Assembly: GCF_016432865.1 (NCBI RefSeq)
Contig: NC_067400.1
Coordinates: 558,124,001-558,188,000 of the forward strand
Direction of reading: 5' to 3'
DNA: 64,000 nt
Source: Antechinus flavipes
Taxonomy: Eukaryota
The notes under the pieces: generated by a model
What the model was told of the DNA's origin: nothing
Databases searched by the model: none
The model's input: the letters and a program-made list of their open reading frames with translations, nothing else
Shown here: piece after piece, positions 1 to 11,373 of the stretch
Layout: every line of letters starts with the position of its first letter
Position numbering within the stretch: position 1 is the first letter of the stretch
Made by a program: the position numbers and the translations under genes

Positions 1-109
1 AGACACAGAGAAGGGGAGAGAGATGGGGAGGTGAAAGGGAAGTCGGGCCCTCTGTATGTGTGTGGGGAGGGGGTCTTTCTGTATATATCTGTGTATATAT
101 ACATATGTG

Positions 110-114
<5 letters not shown>

Positions 115-147
<33 letters not shown>
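115..147. repeat. (AC)n microsatellite
   Basis: Perfect AC run. Confidence 0.95.
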
Positions 148-148
<1 letters not shown>

Positions 149-337
149 TTGTAAATACCTCCCTGAGGGTAGAAAAAGGCGACTTTGGGTATTTGTGTGT
201 ATACTTTTCCTCCGCATGCATCCTTTTGTTTCTTGTGTGGAGGCCCTGGGTCTGTGGGAGAAAGCCCTTCCCTTGTACATGTCGGGTCTGGAGTATCTCA
301 TTCTTCTTACCTTTCTGATCTCCCCTCAACTTCCTAG

Positions 338-1923
338 GTATGTCAGAGCTGGAGGCGTCTTCGGAGGTGGAGGCCCAAGCGCACCTGATAGCTGCACACT
401 TTGAGCCTCGCTGTTTTGGAGTCAGTGAAGGGCCCCAGGCCTGGTTAGTAAAGAAGAAAAGTAGGGCCCTATGGGCATCTCTACACAAGGCCCAAAACTC
501 CTGGGAGCCTTCTGGACTGCCTAGTGCCCAAATGCAGGCCCTCCATCAGATGGAGCATCGGCTGAAGCATCGAGTGTCCCAGGCTATCCGGAGACTGAAA
601 GCACTGCAGGCCATGCTGACCTTGAGCTCTCCTAGCCAGTCTTTTGGGGGGAGCTCCTTCAAAGGGCTGCAAACCCTGGAAGGCTTCTTGGAGGGGGAGG
701 CTACAGCATTAAGTTTACTGATGCTCGAGCTCCATAGTGATCTGAGCTGCCTGGAGAGCCAGCTGGCCGGGGGCCTTCCCTGCTCTTCCCCACGATGTGA
801 AAAGGTGGCCATAGCTCTGCGGGCCGGCCGGCTGCCTCCTCCCTGGCGGCGTCACATGTCTGCTGGGCCCCAGCCTCCCTGGCTCTGGCTGCACCAGTTG
901 TGGCACCGGGGACAGCTGCTAACCAGATACTTAAATCTATGTGCACAGCTGGATCTGGGGAGGTTTGAACAGCAGAATCGCTCATTTCACCTGTCTGCCT
1001 TCCATCATCCCAGAGGGTTATTCCTGGCTATTCGCTGGGAGGCTAGTCACAACTGGATTACTCCCTACAACACTCTAAGTTTAAGGATAAGTACAATTCC
1101 TGGCCGTGGCCATCCACCCCCGTCCTGCCCTGCCTCCTACCCTGGGGCCCACCCTCACTTCCAGCTTAAACCCAGTTTTATTGCCCTCTCCCGTGACTCA
1201 CCCCAAAGACAGGAGCATGGCAGACCCAGATCTGTTCAGCAGAGTCATAGTCTTGACCTCCGGAGTGACTCTGAAGCTGGCCTTAGACCTGATTCCAATC
1301 GAGGCTCTATAAACAGATATTCTATCTATAGCCAACTTGGTGGAGGCACTGGCAGCAGCTCCAGGCCCAACATGGGCCACTTCCTGGGTACCAATTTTGT
1401 CTTTGGTCATAATTTCAACACTGCCATACCTCGACAAGGGATCCAAGGAATCAGTCTTCACTTTCGGGTAGGTATTCTCAAGTTCTGTTCCTCCCTTCTC
1501 CTCTTCAACCCATAAGCCTGATTCTTCCCGTGCCCTTCCCTGATGCCTCCCAGGTCATAATTGTGTCCTTAGGTGGAATGTGGACCCACACCCTCAGCTT
1601 CTGAGGATGGCCTTCTAATAATGGGACTGCTTCTCCATCATGCCGAATGGAATCCTGAGGCCATGGCCCTGCAAGATGGACACTCAGGCAAGCCCAGCCC
1701 TCTGCCCCCTGTTAGCGTCAATCCCCACTTCGTTAACCAAGAGCCTCCCTTGCCTTTCTCTCCTCTGCCTTTCTATCACTGTCCTGTCTACCTGGGAGGA
1801 CTTGTGGGCCACTCAAAGCTCGACAGTGCCCACCTCTTGTTCCACCTGCCACTGCCCACCAAACTCTGTCCTGACATCTGTGTTCAGCGGAGGGTGTATG
1901 TGTGTAGTCCACCCCTGACTTGA
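338..1923 (+). CDS. DNHD1: Dynein heavy chain domain-containing protein 1, last two coding exons (5' partial): join(338..1467,1573..1923)
   Basis: Acceptor ttcctAG|338; ORF runs to SLHFR|GTAGGT (1468); acceptor ccttAG|1573 gives VECGP...HHAEW...CPVY...HLPLPTKL...VQRRVYVCSPPLT*, which matches the DNHD1 C-terminus; synteny with RRP8/ILK fits. Confidence 0.88.
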
Positions 1924-1934
1924 GCCAATATCTG

Positions 1935-1940
1935 AATAAA
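1935..1940 (+). terminator. Poly(A) signal AATAAA of DNHD1
   Basis: AATAAA 12 nt after the stop codon. Confidence 0.75.
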
Positions 1941-1969
1941 GCATGGAAATGGCTAAAGGAGTGGGGTGT

Positions 1970-2311
1970 TGTAATATCCACTCTAGCTCTCTGGAGGGTC
2001 TCTGGATAGGCCTTGGTCTTTAGGTAGAGAAGTGATGAAGGAGGAGAGCCACCACAAGGCTGGTATAGAATGTAGTCCCATATCTTCTCTGTGTCTGTGT
2101 CTGAGACTCTTCTGTGTCTCCCAGCCCTTAAATACCTAAGTACAATTACATCACCACAGCATACTGAGCATCCTCCAACTGCTCATTACATCATTATCAC
2201 GTTAAGTATATGTTTAGAGAACCATTATCTCACAGTGAGTAGGTGCTTACCTATAAAAGCACCCTGCTATCCTTGATTCAAGCATACTTTTTCAGATTCC
2301 TGCCCACTATA
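1970..2311 (-). mobile_element. 3' LTR of provirus
   Basis: Homologous to 7990-8330; begins TGTAAT on plus; directly adjacent to the PPT. Confidence 0.85.
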
Positions 2312-2327
2312 TCTCCCGCCTTCTTTT
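2312..2327 (-). other. Polypurine tract (AAAAGAAGGCGGGAGA on minus strand)
   Basis: Purine-rich 16-mer abutting the 3' LTR. Confidence 0.8.
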
Positions 2328-2868
2328 GTTTTAGAACACAGGTGGTCACACCCTCCCTGACTTCTCAGAAAGCGAGATGAAAACACCAAAGGGAAATGGG
2401 GAATTAAACCAGATATTTTTTTAGCGGGTTTCTTAAGAATCTCACTTGAAACAGGTATACATAAATCCATCAGTATGGGAGGTATTATGCAAGCACATAG
2501 TAATACAACAGGCTAGTAGTGATGTAACACACATTATTCAACATAGTGATACAACAAACAATATGAATATACATGTCTAAAAGTCCTAGAAGGAGGGTAT
2601 GTAAATAACAATCACACATACGCCTCCTTCAGCAACCAAGAGATAGTCTGAAATCAATGTACTGTCAATTACTTCATGTATCAAAGAATCCAATGATTCC
2701 TGCAGATTTTGAAGCCCTGCAATACTCATTATGTATCAGAGAATCCAGTGATTCCTGCAGATTTTGAAGTCCTGAAATAGTCTCATTAACAATTTTTGAT
2801 GTTCATGAGTCAATTGCCATACACACTGGGTTAACAGCCATGCTTTTTCAGTGGCACATCCAAGTTTC

Positions 2869-5390
2869 TTAGGTCTTCTTCATTTCAAGGGTCTGCTCCA
2901 TCTCTCTCTGATGGACAAGGCGAATATGGCTCGTTGGCACCCATCTGATTCCTTCTCCTTCTGTAGAGATACAAGCAAACCCTGTTCCCCAAGCAATTAA
3001 CCCGTCGGGTCCCTTCCATTCATCATTTTCTGGATTTCTCCACATCACCTGGCAATTATCTAAAGATAGTAGAGCTGCTTGCACTGGGCCCTTCTCTAGT
3101 GGATTATAAAACCTGTCTGCTGGAGCAAGTGCATCTTTGTCAAAAATCAAGAAGTTAATAGTATAAAGACTAAATCTACAAGTTCTCTAGGGTTACCTGT
3201 GGCTTCCCTTCTTTTGTTATTGGAGGAATGTCTTGATGTCTCTGTTTCTCCCCTCTACTATTGCCTGTCCTTGAGGATTAAAGGGTATGCCAGTGGTGTG
3301 TAAATCTTATACTGTGCACAAAAGTGTGCAAAATGTTTAGAAGTATATGCAGGTCCATTGTCTGTTTTTTTTTGCTTGTGGCACACCCATAATGGCAAAT
3401 GCTTGTGTGAGGAATTCAGTGACTACTCGGGCTATCTCTTTTGCTGCTGGTATTGCAAAAGTGAATCCTGAAAAGGTGTCTACCACAACATGGATAAAAG
3501 ACAGACGACCAAAAGATTTATAATGGGTCACATCCATTTGCCAAATTTCATTGGGTCTCAAACCATGAGAGTTCTTCCCTGAAGGGAGTATAGGAGCATA
3601 GAAAGGAATGCAAGCTGTACAGGCTTTTACTATGCTCCTAGCTTCCTCTCTTGTTATTCCAAATTGTAAACATAAAGCTCGAGCAGCCTGATGATATTCA
3701 GAATGAGATGCCTGGGCTTCTTGAAATAAAGGATTATTGGCCAACATGGTTAGAAGGCTATCTGCCTTTGAATTACCATAAAAAATAGGACCTGGAAGTT
3801 CACTATGAGAGTGGACATGCAAGATGTAAATCTTAGCTGGATGCATTCTCACTTGTTCTTGAAGTTCCTTAAAGAACTGATATATATTACAGGCTACAAA
3901 TTTCATTTGGGTTCTTTGTACCACACCTACTGAATAGGCTGAATCAGATATTAGCATCTCCTTGATAATAAGTAAGAGCTAGCATGATTGCATACAATTC
4001 ATTCTGCTGAGTGGATGGAAAATGAGTTCTGGCTACTCTTATGGTTAAATCATGAGAGTATACAGCACAAGTGTTATATTTGGATGCATCTGTAAAGATA
4101 GCTTGTCCTTTAAGAGGAACCTTAGAAATCTTTTCTTCAAAAATCCATTGCAATTATGCAATAGTCGAGTTATCTTTAAAGGAGATCTGTGTGTAAAATT
4201 TGGAGTCGTGGCCAATAAAATTTGCCACTCTGGGATGTTTTCACAGCATGCATTAATTTGTGCATTGGTATAAAAGGTGTATATCTTGTCAGGTCTTATC
4301 CCAGATAATTGTACTACTCACTTAATGGCCTTTAATAAAATCGTAGCCACAAGCACTGGGTAAGGAGTAAGACTTTGTTCTGGTCGTACTGGGAGGGTCA
4401 CCAACTCTAGCACATTGTCAACTAGATAAAGAACTGTTGTGGGTGCCTCTCTTGTAGCTGATATTTCTAAGCGTTTTGGAGTAACTCAACCACATTGCAT
4501 AAAGCCAGTTCAACTTCTTTAAAAGCCTCTTGAGCTGCTTTTATAAGCTGACATGGTGAGTTTAAACCGGTGTCTCCCCTTAAGATGTTGTAATTGGTTG
4601 TAATTGATGGTAGTTAAGCCTAACACTGGACGCATCTATTGGATATCTCCTATCGATTTCTGAAAGTCATTTAAGGTGTTCAACTTCTCTGTTCTTAAAG
4701 AAAGTTTTTGTACTATAAGCACCTTAAGATATATTTCATATCCTAAATATTGAAAAGGAGCGTGTCTTTGAATTTTTTCTGGAGCTATATGCAATTTGTA
4801 GTTCCTTAGTGTTTCTATGGTCTTTTGTAGACATTTGCTCTTCAGGCACATCCCAATATACTGTCCTTGTAATGTAATAACCAAACTTTTGGTAATGCTT
4901 TTACTGGAGTAAGAGCAGCAGCAACATACATTTGACACATAGTAGGGCTGTTTTTCATTCCCTGTGGCAAAACTGTCCATATCTTTTATAAGGCTCAGCT
5001 AAATTAATGCTGGGTAGTGAAAAGGCAAATCTTTTCATAACCTCCTTATCTAGAAGGATAGAATAGAAACAATCCTTAATGTCTATAACCCAAAGAGGTC
5101 ATTCTCTAGTTTCCATCTGTTCATTTACTTTTCTTAAAACAGTCAACATCCTTCATTTTCCAGATTTCTTTCTTACAACAAAATACAGGGGAATTCCAAG
5201 GACTTAGAGAAGGTTGTAAGTGTCCTTGGTCAAGTTGCTCTTGTATTATATCTAATAAGACCTGAATTTTTTCACTTTGTAAGGGCCACTGTTCTACCCA
5301 CACTGATGTATCAGTTTTCCATTGAATAGGAACAGGTGAGAATGGAAGCAGGCCTTCAATAGCAGCCCTGCCTAAAGAGCTGAAATACTC
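2869..5390 (-). pseudogene. pol: ERV pol (RT, RNase H, integrase), disrupted by frameshifts and stops
   Basis: PVWVEQWPL-like start; [12 protein letters not shown] (~4944-4976); YMDD decayed to YKDS (4860-4871); RNase H AIFTDAS, QQNELYAIMLAL, SDSAYS; integrase HHCC (HSEYH..CTAC), WQMDVTHY, TDNGPAY, WKGPD. Confidence 0.9.
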
Positions 5391-6020
5391 ATTTGTAATC
5401 CTAACTGCTGTAAAATGTCTCTTCCCCACAGACTAATGGGGATTTTATTTACTACAAAAGGAGTTAAAAAACTCCTGTTTCACCTTCAAATATCTCAAAG
5501 GGGTAGTGCTAACTTCAGCTGCTATTGATCCTCCTAAGCCAGACATATAAGTGTCTGCTTTAATCTTTGGCCAGTGATTGCATCAGCTAGCACTTCTAAT
5601 GAACTGTACGATCTGCACCTGTATCTACCAATCCTTCTAATGGTATGCCATTTATATAGATAGTGAGCATAGGATGGTCAGCTGTAACTTCTGCAGTACA
5701 GAATATTCCTGGATTCTGTTGCTTGGAATCAAAATCTGGGCAACTATCACCAGATTGCATATTAGGAGTCTTTATCAATAAATCTGATGTTACTACTTCT
5801 CTTGGATGATAAATCACATTGTCTACCTGTATTAGTGACTGGGATATTAGCTACACATTCCCCAGTTTCTCACATCAGTGTATGGATGAACACTGTTTTC
5901 TAAGTACTCCCAGGAAGTGAAATGGTCAAGCCTGCTGTGCCTGGAGGCAAGGGATCCATAGGCCGAACAGGGACAGATTTCACTTCTTCGAGGGTATCTC
6001 AGTAGTCCCAGCTGCATACA
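5370..6020 (-). pseudogene. pro: ERV pro: dUTPase-like N-terminal remnant plus aspartic protease
   Basis: GLVDTGAD active-site motif (ORF 5596-5817) and ISLWGRDILQQLG motif; upstream LYAAG..IP..EVKSVP..PLPPGT(A)GL resembles a retroviral dUTPase. Confidence 0.75.
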
Positions 6021-6023
6021 ACT

Positions 6024-7808
6024 CTATTCTCCCCAATTGTAATTCCTTTCTCCCATCAGGTTGCTTCCTGGCTGATTGATTGTGTAATCCCTTTTTCCCA
6101 TCAGGTTGCTTCCTGGCTGATTGATTACATAATCCCTTTCTCCCATCAGATTGCTTCTCAGGTGATTGCTTCTCAGGTGATTGATCACATTGGAGTACTG
6201 AACTTCTAAAGACTCTCTGGGTGTAGCATCAGCTGCCATCATGCCCCAAGTTTTCTTTTTTGCCTGGGGCCCTGGAGCTGAGCCCTGCATCCCGTTTCCC
6301 TGAGTCAATCTACATTCTGATGCCCAATGTAAGCCTCTGTTGTATTTTGGACATGGGATTTTGGGTCTTGTTCTCCCACCCTGTTTTCTCACTGTCTTTA
6401 TGCCAACATTGAGCTTTCAGATGCCCTACTTGAAAGCACTGACGAATCTCTCTGGAAGTCCCTTGCCAAAAAGGACCTTGTCTTCCCATGTTTGGATCTT
6501 AGGAAGTCTGCATTATAACCTGGGTATAAGAGGTATTTGTGCCCACTGTGGCACAGCATCTTATGATCTCCTCTAAAGGAGCATCCTTGTGTAGTCCTAG
6601 TATAATTCTTCTACAATCCTCATTAGCATTTTCTCTAAGTTATCTTATAATTTCTGTTGCTGCATTTTCACCAATATTTCCTATGACAGCGGTCTGCAGA
6701 TGTCCCCCCAATCAGCAAAGGGTTCATTTGGACCTTGCTCTATTTTTGTGAAAGCTTCCCTCTATCTTGTCTTCCTGGGATGGTGCTCCATGCTTTGATA
6801 GCAGCAGAAGCAATTTGCTCATATGCTGCTATAGAGTAATTAATCTGTGCTAAAGCATCTGCATAAGGACCTACACCTGCTAGTTGATCAGAGGTGACTG
6901 GTATATTAACTCCAAGTTGCCTATTTTCTTGGGCTTGTATCATATAGCATTCACTATACTCAGAAAGCCACAACAGGTTTTGTCCAAGTTCTAAATATGT
7001 CCTTGCTATAGACTTCCAATCATTAGGGGTTAAAATTTCAAAAGCCAAATTCTCTAATATCTTAACATAAGATGATGTAGACCCATAAAGAGTGCAAGCC
7101 TTTTTTAGACCTTTCATTATTTCCAGATTAAAAGGAGTGTTAACTTTTTTCTTGACCTGAAGAATATATGCTTCTGTTCTCAAATCAGATGTATCCTGTC
7201 CTTCCTCTTTAGCTTTAATTAGTGCCTTTTGTAATTGTGTCATAGGAGGTGGGCAAAGCTGCTGCATGGATGGTGCTGATGGTGTCACTAAGAAGCACCC
7301 ATGAAGGCGAAACTGGAGGAGGATTAGGAGATGGGGAATTCCCTAAGGGTGCCTGCTTGGGTGTAACTAAGCTGTGAAAGTGAGAAGCACCACACCCCTT
7401 AAATTATCAACACTGTACTTCTTTCTTGTTCAGTTCTCCATGCTTTTCAGCTGCTTTGTCAGTACCATCCCCCTCCTGCTCTTTCTCCTCTCACTTTCTT
7501 GCTTGGCAGTCCACCTTAAAACTTTTCCTTTTTTTAGAACTTGTGGGATTCTTTAAAGCCAATTGTATTATATTGTATTTAAGGAATGTTTCCTCAGGAA
7601 TTGAATCAGGACTCGTAGGTTTGTAATATTCAATTAGTTGTTCTCTCACTATTTCCCACCTATCTGGCTCTAATTTTTCTTCCTTAGACAAGGATATGTG
7701 CACTCAAGAGTCCAGTTATCTGCTTCCAAATTACCAACACACCTTGCTTCTTTATTAACTAAGCATGCTACATGGTGGGGGAGGCTCTTTTCTTAGTATT
7801 TGTCCCAT
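6024..7808 (-). pseudogene. gag: ERV gag (MA-CA-NC), disrupted
   Basis: ATG at 7808 reads MGQILRK; capsid fragment 6740-7288; two decayed zinc knuckles (CFQ---VGHLKAQC and CPKYNRGLHWASEC). Confidence 0.85.
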
Positions 7809-7968
7809 TTCAGCTGAAAAAAAAAAAAAAAAAACAATTTAGCCCTGACCAAAGTTTCCTGCTTGTCTATTTTTATATTCACCCTATTTCCGGGTCACAG
7901 GGACTTCTCCACGATTGTGTCAGTCAAACTGATTTGTGCCCTGCTTTGCAAGGCCCTGTGTTTCTGGG

Positions 7969-7986
7969 GCCTCACATTAGGTGCCA
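7969..7986 (-). other. Primer binding site, degenerate tRNA-Lys type (TGGCACCTAATGTGAGGC)
   Basis: 3 nt from the 5' LTR; differs from the Lys1,2 PBS TGGCGCCCAACGTGGGGC by four transitions. Confidence 0.75.
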
Positions 7987-7989
7987 AAA

Positions 7990-8330
7990 TACAATGTCTA
8001 GGCTAGCTCTCTGGAAAGTCTCAGGATGGGCCTTGGTTTTTCAATGGAGAAGTGATGAAGGCAGGAGAGCCACTATGAGAGTGGTCAAAGATGGAGTCAT
8101 CTTCTCTGTGTCTATGCCTGAGATTCTTTTGTGTCAGTTGCTGAGAGACATAGTCCGAGTCTTCCCAACCCTTAAATACTTCAGTATGATTATTATCACT
8201 ACAGCACACTGAACATGCACCAACTGCCCCATTACATCATCACATTAAGTATATGTTTAGAGATTGAGTGCTTAACGATAAGCACCCTGCTGTCCTTAAT
8301 TCAAGTACATCTTTTCAGAGTCCCTCTACA
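7990..8330 (-). mobile_element. 5' LTR of provirus
   Basis: Ends ...CTACA on plus (TGTAG on minus); followed by TSD; homologous to 1970-2311. Confidence 0.85.
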
Positions 8331-10009
8331 GGGTGTGTGCATTCTCCTGTGAACACTTCCATTCATACATGTTTGGCCTGCTCTTGAGGCAAAGGGAAAA
8401 GGGGATGTCATGAAAACGCCCCCTTTCCCTCTTCTAGCAACAGTTATTTTGGTCTTTACATCTGGGGTTTGGCTGGTTTGGAGAAGGGAATAAAAAAAAA
8501 ACACTGAACTGTTGAGGGGCTGAAGCCAGACTCTGGAACAGGATCTAAAAGCTCATCCTACTCAGTCCTTCTCTCTCTGGTATGCTATATGCCTCTTAAG
8601 GATACCTGTCTAATCAGAATGCCTTTCATCAAGCTAGAGCTCCCCAGGTTCAAGAAGGACATATTTACGTAAAGCACTAACAGTGACAGGCCTCAAAGCA
8701 GACACACACTGATTGTACGACCTTGGACAACCCACTATTTCAGTGTCTCACTTCACTCAGCATCAGTTCATGTAAGTCTTTTTAGGCTTTCCTAAAATTA
8801 AGTCAGGTAATTCTTCACTGATGTAGATTATAGAACTAAAGAATCTCAATAATCCAATGATAATTAATTTTAAAAATTAAAGACCTTCAATTTATAGATC
8901 ATTTATTATAGTGTTTACACTGTTGCAGTGTTCAAATGTAGACAAATATTGGCTACAAGGTTCCTTAATGGAGGTTTATATTTTAAGCTGAGAAACGCAC
9001 ACATATACCCAAGATTTTCAACAAAAGATTTGTTCTTTGAATCTGATTAAACAATTGTTTTTATGACATCTTAAAGATCAGCTTTCATACATCTGGCCCC
9101 TCTTGGTTATTGTTGCCACAACCTTTTGTCTGGATAGTCATTACCTTGGACTCTAGTAACCTAGGAGTCTAGTCCAAGGTTCTTTGCTGAAAAATGATAG
9201 CAAGGAAAGGGAGACAATTCCTCAGGAGGTAGGGTTCAAAAACACAGCATATTAGAAGTGAAAGGGAATTTACATCAACTGGTCCAATAACTTCTGTTTA
9301 TATAACTTATATAAGCCCAGTTAAGGGATATCTTCACAGTAACACAGGGAGCATGTGGCAAAATTGGGAACCCAAAATAGTGTTTTGAATGAAAAATGCA
9401 TTACTATATGCTAAATACTTTGACTACACCACAGCCACTTGCCCACCACAGATTATGTGTCAGTTCATATTAGAAGGTATTGGGGTGGGAAGCACATACA
9501 CTGATTGGAGAACTTGGGTAGCAGAATTATTGAGTATAAGATCACATAGAGTTCTGAGTAATGATTATCGCCTACTATGAACCACTGTGCTAGGAAAGCA
9601 AAGGCAAAAATGAAAGTCTATGTCTTTAAGGAATTTATAATAATGGGATGATATAGCATATTCACAGAAAAATAAAGTGAGATATAAAAATATTTTAGTG
9701 AGGATAGGGGTACTGAAAATTTGAAGTGATTTCTTACATCAACAGAATGTACAGACCAATGAATTGTATGTATAAACATACCACAAAAGAACAAAAATTC
9801 CCAGTTAAACACCAAATTGGAAATTTGGAAAATTACAAAAGACAACTATCAAATTAGTAAAACCAGAAATTGGTTTTATGGAAAAAACCGCCACATACCA
9901 CTGGTTAGTGATTATTTTTCAGGGCCAGTGCTCTATCTGGGACCCAACTACCTGCTTCTAGTGATTTTTTTTTTAAAGATAAAACCCTGCCCCCACAAAT
10001 CATTACTAT

Positions 10010-10790
10010 CAAAAATGGAAATTGTGAAATATACCATTAATGAAAGTGAAATCAAAGCAATTATTAGAAGTTATTTTGCCCCAATTAAAATCAATAATTT
10101 TAACAAATGAAATAGAAAAACACTTGTAAAAATATAAACTGCGCAGAGAAAATTATTTAAAATTTATTTAGAAAAAATAAAACTAAGGAGCATAAGAAAA
10201 CAGCAGGACCAGATGGATTTATGTGAATTCTACCAACATTTAAAGATAAATTCCAATGCTAAATAATTTATCTGGAGTAATAGGCAAAGAGTCCTATCAA
10301 GCTTTTATGAAGCAGATATGATGCTGATAACTCAGGAACAGAAACACAAAAAACATAACCAATTTAACGAATATGGATACAAAAATCCTAAATAAAATAA
10401 CTAGTAGGCTACAATATATATACAATATACATTATAATCAAGTGGGATTTATATCAGGAATACAGGGACAATTTAAGATAAAAGTAACAAAAGGTACATC
10501 AAACAGATACAGAAAAAACCTTTGACAGAATATAGAATTTATTCCTCTTGAAAATACTTGAAAGCATAAGTGTAAATGGATTTTTCCTTAAAATGATAAG
10601 CATCTACTTAAAGCCAACAGAAAGCATCTCTAATGGGGATAAGCTAGAAGCTTTCCCAAAAAGATCAGGAGTGAAACAAGGATGCCCATTATCAATATAA
10701 TTTAGAAATGTTAGCAATAGCAATATGGGAAGAAAAATTGAAACCAGAATGGGCAATGAGATAATAGTCTTTTTGCAGATACCATTTGGA
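10010..10790 (+). mobile_element. Old LINE-1 ORF2 (RT region) fragment
   Basis: Degenerate motifs GCAGGACCAGATGGATTT (PGPDGF), GGAGTGAAACAAGGATGCCCATTATCA (GVKQGCPLS) and TTTGCAGAT (FAD). Confidence 0.75.
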
Positions 10791-10865
10791 ACAATTAAAA
10801 TCAGCTATAAAGAACCTACGAAGGAAGATTGCTCCAGAACATCTCCACAAAATTCAGAAAAATAG

Positions 10866-11373
10866 TGTGTTCTCTTCTTTAAAATATAATGCTCTGTAGG
10901 AACAGGTTTCTTGGGGAGGTTTTCTGGAGGCAGCCTTAGTTTCCATTCCAAGTAATAACTTCAAACGCAGCCAGTTGATAAAATCCAAACGTTTATTTTA
11001 TCCTTCCAAGTCTTGTCTCATTCCTTGGGCCCGGGTAGCTTTCTTAGAGGCCTATCTTTCAATGGAGAAGCGAAGTCGGAGAGCCTGCCACCATGGTGGT
11101 GTGAGATGATATGAATGAATCTGGTTCTGCCTACAAGAGTGGGCTTCTTCTGAACTGACTCATTTCACTAACTCAGCTCCTTTTTATGCTCTTTTAGAGG
11201 TGTGAATTCAAAGATTGATTCTTCTGAGAGTGGGATTGTGGGTTTCTGACTTGTGAATCTCCCAAAAGTGTGAACTCCAATGAGTACTTAAACACATTAG
11301 TGAGCTAGAGAATTTGCTAATAAATACCATGTAAATTAGGCAACTGACTTATCACTTTGTAAAGTTTCTAACA
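10866..11373 (-). mobile_element. Solo LTR (508 bp) with 6-bp TSD AAATAG
   Basis: TG...CA termini; AAATAG at 10860-10865 and 11374-11379; minus-strand AATAAA; shares TCAATGGAGAAG...GGAGAGCC with the proviral 5' LTR. Confidence 0.75.

Larger units (their letters stand above)
1970..8330 (-). mobile_element. Endogenous retrovirus, class II/betaretrovirus-like provirus (LTR-gag-pro-pol-LTR, no env), decayed
   Basis: Identical 6-bp TSD GGGTGT at 1964-1969 and 8331-8336; related ~340-bp terminal repeats; PBS and PPT in the expected positions; gag, protease, RT (LPQGMKNSP), RNase H and integrase motifs on the minus strand. Confidence 0.93.
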
